From Stylophora pistillata (lineage: Eukaryota): a stretch of DNA of 64,000 bases. This document shows positions 50,703-61,410 of the stretch, one piece after another. The notes beneath the pieces are model-generated. The model saw nothing but the letters and a program-made list of their open reading frames with translations, ran no database searches and was not told the DNA's origin. The DNA lies in contig NW_019217787.1 in NCBI RefSeq assembly GCF_002571385.2, positions 1,839,896-1,903,895 of the forward strand, written 5' to 3'. The translations under genes and the position numbers were made by a program. The stretch's first letter is position 1; every line of letters starts with the position of its first letter.

Positions 50703-53700
50703 CTATTCTCTTGTTACACGTCTAAAGAACTGTAAGCTGTCTTGAATTTCTGGCACAAATTCTGAAAATAGCAACTCCAACAAGGTGTACACCAAGAACC
50801 TGTAGGGAGAAAAACCTTTTAACTTAAAACCTTAAATTACCATTCATATCAACTATCCCTAGGTCCCCTCCAAGAATTATCACTTTCCTTTAGAACAACA
50901 TCATGAATAAAAGTAACCAATGAAAGAGGAAATACATTGCAGTAGTGCTACTGAACATCCCAAAGAATGTATTAGTAAGTCTCCTTACGGTCTCACGTGT
51001 TCCTTCTGAGATTTGATTGAATGACTCAACTGTAGATGATACATACAACCATGTAAGCAATCACATTATTGCAAAAATGTAAGCTAGCAGATACATGAAC
51101 CATAACTCACTTGTTGATTTGGGGATATTGCACAGAGTCAATAATGTTCACAGCAGTCTGATGGTAAACTTGGGGACCAATCAACAACATGATAAAACCT
51201 GGAACATCGAATGAAAATAGGCTTAATGACTTGTATTTCCTTACAAAAAGAAGTCCTAATCAAGCGCATAGAGTTATTTTAATGCGCTACATAAGAACTT
51301 ATTATTAAATTAAAACAACCTGGAAATTTACAGTTGTGGTTTAAGGTCATACACTTTAAATCTTATTTGTTCTGTACTGTTCTGTTTTATTTCTTGGTTT
51401 CAAGCATTTACATTCATTTCAATATTGATTTCACCTTTACATAGACCACCATGCATGCCACATTCATATTTCTGATTGAAATGCTGTGCTGCACCTGTTC
51501 CAGCCCAGTTGTTGTGTTGAGGATCACAGAAGACCAACTTTTGAGTCATTCAAGTTTAGAAATGTAGGTTTCTATGGGAAATGCCACTGGATACTGCACA
51601 GGCAGTTGCATTTTCAGGTTATGTTTCTTTGCCAAACTTTACAAAGTATATTACTAATAGGAAAACACAATGTAATTTCAGCAAATATGCTCTGTGTTTT
51701 GTCAGTAAGATTGGGGAACAATAGCAATTTTATACCAGTAATTCTTTATACCAACACTTGGCAAACTGGAGGAACTCAGAGCTCAAACTCACAGTATAAC
51801 ATACCCCATATAAATTTTTTTGGAGTCACTACGGTTTCAAAATATCTATACATTATAATCTTTGACCTCTAATTCTCTTAGAAAATTGTTCCCATGTACT
51901 TTTTTATAATACTAGTAAACTTGAAATATTCCCCATTAAACTTATATTATTGAATCTGTTACTTATAATCATGCAATTTCATGAACCTGGGAATGCATTC
52001 ATCAAGGCATGCACAGCTTCTTTTCTTGTTTTGGACTTTTCCAGCTCACTTTTTGGTGTTTCAAGCCCATCAAGAAGCTTTCCACCAGGCCATATCGCTT
52101 CATTGAGCTTATTAAGATACAGTGCCCAGCTGTCATCAGTGGTGATGTCATCTATTCCACTTTGAATTTTCCTTCAATTCAACACAAGAAAACACTGAAT
52201 ATTATGATTGTTCCACATAGGCTAAGGGGTTCATGTCAGCTTGTTTGCAAGATTTACCATTTATAATATTTTTGGTGAAAGAAGTCTTTTGATAATTGTC
52301 CACCTAATTATAAATAAAAAATTCATGTAACTACAAAGTGTTTTGGACTTAGCCATTTCATACCATTCAAACAGCCCACCCAAACTGGCCATGAAGGCTT
52401 GCTGAACTCTATCAATTGTCAACCAAGATCTGTGTTCTTTAAGAAGCTCACACAACAGAGTAAGAATGGTGTCTGAAAGAGGACACTGAAGGTCTGACCC
52501 AGCCACTGAGCTCCTCTCCACATGAGACCCACTGTCATGATCATTTGGCTGGTCTGTTTTCGAGACTAGGCAAGGATCCTCTGGATGAAGTAGTGACTCC
52601 TTGGAAGAAAGAGTGTTTTCTGCACTTATACCAACAGGTGTAATTTTTTGCTTCTTAAGATTTGCACTAAGAATGGGTATTGAATTGTCTTTCAGACATT
52701 TCTTGAAGGCACCTGGTTTCTTCTCTTTAGAAGTGGACAGTGTATCAAGGTTCTCAAGAGATTCACTCCTGTTTCCCTGCCCAAAAGCTTCCAAAATCTT
52801 TTGTGGCTTGAACTGGAACTTGCTGGTAGATGGTGCAGAGGCAATCTCCTCCATGGACTTGCTCCTTGGAGCAGGTTGATTTACAGCCAATCCAAGAGAC
52901 CTAGGTGCTTCTGAGTTGTTTGGTAAATGTTTACTATCCAGATGCTTCTTGAAGATGGCTTCTGAGCATTCTCGTTGGAAGGATACTCCCCGGTCCTCTA
53001 GAGCAGGTTGTAAATCACAATGTACAGGAATAGGGCCATCAGGATTGTCACTTCCATCACCAGCTGTGCGAGGTCCTAATGACTGACATGTATTCCACAA
53101 GGAAGCTTCTTCCTCGGTGTCAAAATCTGCCACTTTCTTGGCCAACTTTTCCTTCCAAAAGTGAAGTCCACCTTGTTCATCACCATTTTTGTACTGAATT
53201 GGTGATGGTGGAGTGGGTGGAGTGAACTCCTCACAATCAGCAAGAAATGCCAAGAAGTAAGACTCTGTTGTAGTACTCTCTTGACCATAACCAATTTCCT
53301 GAAAACAATGGCTTAACATTATTTTTTTTTTGCAACAAAAGTTACATGCAACACCAGATTTCATTAATTTTTAAAGCAAAAACAACTATGCATAACACCA
53401 GGCTTCTTTTGGAATTCCTTGTAATGCCCTACCCAGCTTGTGTTGCAGTTTTAGTATCACACATGCCAGGAGCATAGTATAACCATCAATAAAGCCCATT
53501 TGCAGAATTTCTTGAGATATTTTTCCAAACCTCAGAATCAAAGATAGCAGTTGAATATTTCATGAACACAAATTCTGCATTTACTGTTTCCTCTCGGCAA
53601 CATCATTTCTCATTTACTGTTAACATAACAGCTTCCATGATATTCCATGTATTTAGAATTCAATAATTATCTTATCGTATTTATGATCTTCAAAGTCAAA

Positions 53701-56700
53701 ATTGACTAAACACAAAACTCTGGAAATCTATAAAAGTTTTCAAAGCCTCTTCTTTTTCTTCGTCTGTTCTTACTGGTTTTCCAGAAGCACCATCCTGATA
53801 ACAGGTTAGTTTCCATGGAATAACTACATCGTCACTGCTAGCAGTGGCACATTCCTCAGATACTTTCTCTTCTTCTTCAACTGAAAGACAAACAGAATTA
53901 ACATTAATGTCACTTTACACTAGGCATGAGAGGAAAAAGACAGCTACCTGAATCGAATGCAGTCTTGATACTGTCAAAAACTTTGGTCATTTGCCGACTC
54001 AGCATCTGGTACAATCAAATGAAACAAAAAAAATTGTTATAAGTAAAGGAAAAGAGATGTTATTAAGCAGTTGGATGGTAAAAAGGAATAAAGATGTAAA
54101 ATCATAGGATGAAACAGAGTTATATCTCCTCTGAACTAATCTCAAAGGCTTTTTGCCCTACAAGGTACATGTAGGGTCTTAGCGTGCGGAATGTTTTTTG
54201 TTTTGTTTTTCTCATTCAATCAATCGTTAGGGCGTCCTTTTGTGTTGTCGCTTTTTCTCGTAGTTCGTTAGTATTTTTTCGCTGGTTAGTTAGCTTCTCC
54301 TGTTTCTATGTCACGTATCTTCGTTAATTAGTATCTTCCGTAATATAGGCGCTAATTGCACTTTAAGTTAGCTAGTCGTTTTCGCATATTTAAATTAGTT
54401 TTTCTCAAGCTCAGAGTTTAGTCTTTCGTTAGTCATACAATAGTTTGCTTTGAGCAGTTACTCCAGTTTATCTTATTTTTGCCTTTTGGCAGTTTATATT
54501 CGTCCAGCAGTTTCATAGAAATCGTAACAATGTAAGTATTGTCATTTCAAGTTTGTTCAGTTCATTCAGTGTATTTCTTTCTTGTCACTTTTATTAGTCA
54601 ATCGTTGTAATTTCATACTCATTTATTGTTTTAGGTTTCAACCCACATAATGTCAACATCATTCGTACCGAATAAATACGTCTTTATCATCGTGGTATTG
54701 TGAGGTTACGATTACTGCAGTTACAGTACATTTAAGAACCCTGTCCAACATTTCTTAACGAACAGTCAGCCTTAAAATACTTCTTATCTCATCATTCTTT
54801 TACATATTATCACGATCATATATGTCAATCATTGATCTCAGAGTCATCAAGAAACATACCTTGTCAACGCGTGGAACATGAACGGACTGGCTCACAATCT
54901 GTGCTACACTTGGTTTAATGAAAGAAATCTGCTCCCCTCCCATCACACCAAGAAACTGCTTTAAGTCTTCACTACTGCGTAATGCTGGTTTGAAAATTAG
55001 GCTCTACAAGCAAATGTGGTAAAAAGATTTTTACACCACACAGTGAAGTCCAGCTCACACTCTATCAATTAAAGCCTAGCTGTATGGCTTCCCTTAGAAA
55101 AACATTTGACAGAAACCATAAGCCTTGTCAAGAATGCCAAGAATTTGGAAACTAATGGCGCTGCGCGTTTGTGACATCACGAAATTTTGACCCCCTAGAG
55201 CGATTAGGACAAACAAACAGGCTTCTCAAGTAAATGAATATGGGCGATGATGCGCCCATCTCTAGTTTGAACGCCTCTAAAGCTCATATTTTAAATCAAA
55301 ACAACGGTGTTCCTGGCTCAAAGTTTGAGCAAGACCAAGAAAACTATACAAATACACAATTGAAGCATTGGTTAAAGTGTAGAGGCTTGAAATTGAGAGG
55401 AAAATGAGCAGACCTCATCGCTCGTGTTCGTGACTGCCTCAAGTTGAGAAAACATTATGTATATAGTTGATTCAAGTATAGATGATAGGAAATGTGTATA
55501 CTGAAATGTCTCAGTTTATTTAAAATGAGTATGCACATCAAGGATTGTGTCCTTTTTGAATCGTTCGCCTTTATAATTATAGATGTAGGTGTCCAGGAAT
55601 GTTGTTTTCTTACTGGAAATTTCAGCCGTAAATTTCATTGTTGGATGAGGATTGTTTGCTTTTTGAATGAAACGTTCTATTGTTGCTTTGTTTGTACTCC
55701 ATAGCGAGAAGATCATCATCTATGTAAAGTTTCCAAACAAGCAGTTTCAGAAAAGGCTGTTGTCAAGGATTTTGGTGTACAGCACAAATATAAGTATTGT
55801 AGTTAACAAGTATCAACTAAGAAATTCTTTCTAGAACACGCATTTACGCGGTGTTGACAAAGTTCCAAGTCATGCATGCTTCGGCTTTGGGAACGGTATG
55901 AAGGCTTTCCGACCGTTTTTAAGCATTTCTTTAGGTGGATTAAGCGAATCTGGCAATCTTTCTAGATGTCTTGAGTCATTTTTACATGTACCCAACAGCA
56001 ATGCCTAGTTGCAACCATTTTAGAAAGTTAGAGCATTTTTGGAGTGAAAATAGTCTTGCTTCTGGCACGTTTCGCATACAAGTCCTTGTAAAGACTCCGA
56101 GTGTTTGTCCTAAACCAGCGGGGGATCCAAAGATGACATATCTATTTTTAGACCTGGTGCGCAGCGCTATTAATCATAACAGATTTAAGCTACATTCAGG
56201 GTTGTGCTTTAGAAAAGCCAGACACTTCAAAGTGAATGATGGCAATAAACTCACCCATAAATAATGTTGCAGCAGCTCTCTTCTTCCCTCTACCACATGA
56301 GGGTCAAGTCTTCCAAATGGCAGATTGTATTTTCTGTTGGGTTTCAGAATATCTGCATAGTAAACAAAAGGGTGATATCTTAAGATTGATTCTTTAGAAC
56401 ATCTTTTACCTCTGAACAGAATAGACTATCATTTGACATTGCTTAGATATTATTGGGTATGGTTTTACAAAGTTCTGAAGAAATGTCTTGAAAAGTTTCT
56501 TTCTGTGTTGATTACAACACTGGTTTTTAATAGCCAAAGCTGTCAGTAGCTCTTGAGGTCCACAGTCAACCAGTTCTGAGCCAGCAATTCATTAATTGCT
56601 ACTTGTTCATCAAGCACTAGGAGTGAAATCAGAAAGTTTGCTAACAATTCGTGTGTACAAGAATTCAGCTGGCATCATTTTCTCTCTTATTTTTCTTATT

Positions 56701-59700
56701 TTCATCAAAGCCAAAAAAGACTTCAAGAATTGAAATCAAATGTTGACTGTGAAGATGAAGAAATTGACAGGGGACCACAGAATAACCCATAATCAAATGC
56801 ACCCTGAACACTGGACCACAGCATAACCCATAATCAATGGACCCTAGACACTGGACCACAGCATGACCCATAATCAGTGGACCCTAGACACTGGACCACA
56901 GCATAACCAATAATCAATGCACCCTGAACACTGGACCACAGCCTAACCCATAATCAATGGATCCCAGACACTGGACCACAGCATAACCCATTATTAGTGG
57001 ACCCTAGACAATGGACCATAGCATAACCCATAATCAATGGACCCTAGACACTGGACCACAGCATAACCCATAATCAATGGACCCTAGACACTGGACCACA
57101 GCATAACCCATAATCAGTGGAACCTAGACACTGGACCACAGCATAACCCATACTCAATGCACCCTGAACACTGGACTACAGCATAACCCATAATCAATGG
57201 ACCCTAGACACTGGACCACAGCATATTAACCCATAATTAGTGGACCCTAGACACTGAACCACAGCATAACCCATAATCAATGGACCCTGTAGCCCTTACA
57301 GTGACTAGCACCTAATTTCCCCTTATCACCCCTAAATCAACCTTATCACCCCTAAATCAACCTAAGCTCATGAGATTGCAAATGGTCACCAACTAAAGAA
57401 GCTCTTAATTGTTTAACAAATTCTCCTCTCAGCACCTTAGGAAATGTATACAGAACAGTATGGAGAATAATTATGTATACTGATGTTAACAGGCTAAACC
57501 ATATAATTTTACTTTTAATTTGAAAATAACTTTCCATGACAAAGCCCCAGCTTTAAAAAGTCTTACTCACCTTTCATGTAAACTGACAGATTTCCACCAG
57601 TTAAACGATTATGAAGCTCCATAAATTCTCTATAACGTCGGTTTATCACTCGCTTCAAGGGAACACTTCTCTTGATCACATCCATTGAAATTTCTACATC
57701 TTCTAGCAGATTATCGTTACCAGCATAAAGATTTCTCTTTGTCATTTCTTTCTTTGCTGCATTCTTCGCTTCCTTAATCGCTGCTTTGTACACATCATTC
57801 CAAATCCTAATATCGTACTGTCAAAAGTAACCGAGAACAAAACACAAAATGAACTGGTGGCAACATCGTTTGGGAAAAAAAGTACTGCAAATGCAACAAG
57901 GGCGTACGACTAAAATACCAAAATACTCTGTGAAAACCTGTTTGACACCAGCTTTAAAGTTCCCTTGATGTAGAAGGCACAGGACACATCACAATTAAAC
58001 GCTGCCTCATTAGCCTATTCTTCTCCCTGTTTTCCTTATTCTTTTGTCTTTCTGTTTTATGTCAACTATGTCTTCTACACCAAATATGAACCTCATTAAA
58101 GTGTTCAAAAACTAATGTCAATGGTAAAAACAGTTAAGACCTATCAGTATAAGTATCATTCTATTAGTTAGAATGGAGTGATGAAGTGTGATTTAGATTC
58201 TTATATTCAAAAGTCTAGAAAACTATACAAATAAGAGTGCTAACCTTCTCTTGAAATAAACAACAGCCTGACATCAGGTCTGTGTTTTTGATTGGCAAAC
58301 AATGAAAGAAACATAGCAGTTGTTAAACATGTACATTATGGTCTCTTCTTGAGACCTCATCATGGCAAGTTGCACACATGATGTACATTGGCACGCATGT
58401 TACATGAGAACTGCACTCCTTTCTAGCCAATAAGCACTGAGAAATTTTTCATGTACATCACCACAACTGTAAACCCACTTACTTAACAAGTTCTGCACTG
58501 TATAATGAAAATGTTGTTTTTCTGATAAGAGGTTGTACATTGCTAAAATCTGCGTCATCAATTATAAGTTATTAGTTGTAATATAAGATTTGGTGTGCAC
58601 TCCAAACTTCACACTTGGGTTCAATGTCAACACAGAGGTTATCCTTGATTAGTGAACAAAATTCAGATTGTACCATACAATACATACCTCTATTTTGTAC
58701 AGTGTATACTTGTTTCTGCCTGGTTCCCAACTTGTCTCAAGTGCTACAATTGTGCTGGGAATGGTAATCAATTGACTAGGGTGCATTCTCTTCACCATTC
58801 CCATGTCACTTCCATCTACTGTTTCTCCCCTCTTGTTCATATCCCCAATCTCTTGCACATGTTCCTCTCTTGGTGTTCCATAACATGCCTCTCCATCACT
58901 ATCAATGGATTCTTGAATCACAGCATCACTTCTTGATAACCGTCTCCCACTAATTGAACTGTATGTTGCTGTGTGTAAAGAATCTTCCTTGGCTGCCACT
59001 TTGCTTTGAATCCCTGAGGTGTAATCCAGGGATTCACTTCCTGAAAGGGAGCTTGTTTCTGTTGACTTTGCACTACTGCTGCTCAGGCTATCAAACTTCA
59101 TGATGTTGACAAGTTTCTTTCCTGCAGTTAAAAAAGCATCGCCAAAGGATGATTCTGTATTGTGTCCTCCAAATCCAAAGCGTAATGGCTTTTTTTGAGG
59201 GATAGCACCATGGCCAGGGTGATATTTTACCTCACCTTCCCAAGAGGATTCCTTGATGTCTGCTAAGTCTGATATGTCCTTTTGATTTTGCACTGCTTTT
59301 TTGGTGCTTCTTAATCTGTCATTGTTGATGGGCAATATGTCTTTAGAGCTAGCGAAAGCTCCTGGAGATGAATTGGATATCTGTTTCTCCTGGGACTCCT
59401 CAAAGGAAGCTTGTTTAGTAATTCTCTGTCTTGCACCACTCCAGTGAGAACCTGCACTGTAACTAACTTCTTCAAAACACTCAAGTGCTTCTTCCCCTCT
59501 CTCAACATATCCATCTAAAAGTTCTTCTTCACTTGACATTGACTTAAAGCTGTCTGAGCTGCTACAGAAGCTCCTACCATATAACTGTGGGTTGCAAAAC
59601 CTTTTTGGGTTATTTGGAGTGAAATATTTTCTAGGGTCATTGAAATCTGCTATTGCCAACTTGCTGGGTACACTGACAGATCTAATGAGTTTGCCATTAG

Positions 59701-61297
59701 GTCTATCTTCCAACAGTTCATCACATCCTGGAAGAGACAAGCTTCGTGTTCTAACCTTTGGAAACAGCTCTTCTTCAGAAACATCACGTTCCTCATCACC
59801 ATTATTCTGTTGTTTTGACATATGGTAGTTCACTGTCTGATTACCACTTTCTTCAAATTTGTGACAGCAAGTTAGTTCTTTCAAACTGTTTCCAATTCCT
59901 CCAAATTTTTCAACTTTTGAGAGATTCGCTTTTATTTCTTCAAAACTATGTGTGTTAAAAGATCTGTCCTGGGAAGATGGACAAATTCCCCAAGGGGATG
60001 ACAGGCCACAGGAAGTCAGGTTTTCTATGGAAGAAGGTGGAACAACCTCTGTTGACCAGTTTCCTTCACATGGACTTTGCCTGTCCTTTTTACTGAATTC
60101 CTCTTTATTCTCTTCAACTGAAATAATCAAAAAGGACTCTGAGTTGTCATGCTGACTCTCTCCTACTGGAGGCTGCCTTTGAGAGCTTACTGACCATTTA
60201 AAATCAAGGTTTTCTTCACTTCTTGGAGACATAATTTCAAACCTCTCTCCTGGGTCATCAATAGATTCCTTACTTTCTTTTCTGGGGATATTTTTCATTC
60301 CTTCCTTCTTTGGCTTCTCCTTAGCATGATCTGGTCTCGTGTTTTCTGTCACTGGGGCTGTTGGCATCTTTTCAGCAATCTGTGGTTTCACAGCATTCCT
60401 GGGTTCATCACAATTTTCCATAACAGGTTGATCCCCTCTAATAACCGGCTTACCAACTTCGTTTCTCCCCGTATCATCATCATCTGACAAAATATCAATC
60501 ACTGCCTGACTTATCCTGTCTGGGTCTGTCAAAAGTCCCACTAGAGGTACCACCACTTGCACAGTTAAAATTTCTCGTAAAATGAATCTCCCTGTGTCAC
60601 AACCATAGGTTTCTTTTGGACTCATTGCTGCTAATAGTGAATCAATAACATTCCTCAAGTAACTGAGTTCTTCAGATGGATTCAAAAGAGATGGTACTTT
60701 GGAAGTTAACTGTGATTCGTACGTTTGACAAAGAAGTTGCGAGGAACTAATGTTGAGCCTTAGTTTTGGGTCTTTTGCCTTCACGATCGCCATTGCTTTA
60801 TTAAACCTTTCTAGATGTCCATGAAAAACAATCAAGGCTTGTTCAATCATGTAGTGAGAATCAATCTGCGACGCACGTCTGTATCCTTCCAAACACAACA
60901 TCTCCAGAGAATCCCTGGTTTCGGAGATGAAGTCTTCTCCTTCTCCAACATCTTTGTACCATGAACGTATGAAGTCACGAATAATATTTTCTATTAACTT
61001 TTTGAAACATTCCTCTAAACGCCTAGGAATCTCATCCTGATGGTGATAATAACCATATGTGAAGGGAGGCGAGTAAGGAATTCTGTTTTCAAGACGATGG
61101 GGCGCTCCGAAACCGAACAGCTCGAGAATCTTAAATAGTTCTTCGAATAAACCATCCAGTCCCCATTTATTTGTGACAAATAAATATGTCAAGCCAAAAC
61201 TCACGCTAGTGACAATAAAATAGAGGCAAAGAGACTTGAAAGACAGTCCTGCGAAGAAAACACCGATCAAAACGACAAAAACCACAAACCAGCCCAT
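50703..61297 (-). CDS. SNX19: SNX19-like sorting nexin (N-terminal TM hairpin, PXA, long linker without RGS, PX, PXC), ~1520 aa
   Basis: Exons 61297-58688, 57817-57571, 56352-56255, 55003-54860, 54005-53948, 53880-53774 (donor least certain), 53298-52364, 52171-51987, 51198-51111 and 50799-50703 join in frame. Motifs: PXA LIENIIRDFIRSWY...RFILREIL..LTDPD, PX YTLYKIE...INRRYREFMELHNRL, VPRVDKM..FDSIKTAF, PXC WALYLNKLNEAIWPGG and SVQYPQINKFLVYTLLELL. Confidence 0.85.
54170..54725 (+). mobile_element. Solo LTR (556 bp) with 5-bp TSD in SNX intron 4
   Basis: gtaca|TGTAGGG...GTTACA|gtaca: TG...CA termini, tgta/taca terminal IR, TSD gtaca at 54165-54169 and 54726-54730, and aataaa at 54671. Confidence 0.8.
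55157..56168. mobile_element. Internally deleted two-gene DNA transposon (ISL2EU-like) with SAP and THAP remnants
   Basis: AT|ggcgctgcgc ... gcgcagcgct|AT termini. The plus strand at ~55240-55445 reads VPGSKFEQDQENYTNTQLKHWLKCRGLKLRGK*ADLIARVRD (SAP-like). The minus strand at ~56017-55777 reads, with frameshifts, ATRHCCW...DSR...KAFIPFPKPK...NACSRKNF...NTYICAVH (THAP-like). Confidence 0.65.
55497..55740 (-). mobile_element. Penelope-like element reverse-transcriptase fragment
   Basis: YIDD/IFSLWSTNKATIERFIQKANNPHPTMKFTAEISSKKTTFLDT...KGERFKKDTILDVHTHFK matches the PLE RT region (YIDD...HPTIKFT.E.S....FLD). Confidence 0.75.
56774..57288. repeat. 40-bp minisatellite, ~13 copies, in SNX intron 2
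   Basis: Consensus accacagcataacccataatcaatggaccctagacactgg starts at 56774, 56815, 56855 ... 57215 and 57258. It is followed by a 20-bp duplication, ccttatcacccctaaatcaa x2 (57321-57360). Confidence 0.95.
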
Positions 61298-61410
61298 GTT
61301 CGGAACCTACGCCATCTTGATTCGCTGCCATCCCCCTTAGCTACCATGCCTTCTTTACATTAGTAGCCAGGCCGCTCGTTTCTGTTGACAGGAAGAGCAG
61401 AATTAAAACG
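61298..61410. promoter_or_regulatory. Very compact bidirectional promoter region between the SNX19-like and MS4A-like genes
   Basis: Divergent ATGs at 61297 (-) and 61411 (+) are separated by 113 bp; YY1-type motif cgccatctt at 61310-61318. Confidence 0.6.

Noticed and set aside
56774-57288. CRISPR-like regular repeat
   Set aside because: Contiguous 40-bp units with no unique spacers, inside a eukaryotic intron, with no cas genes.
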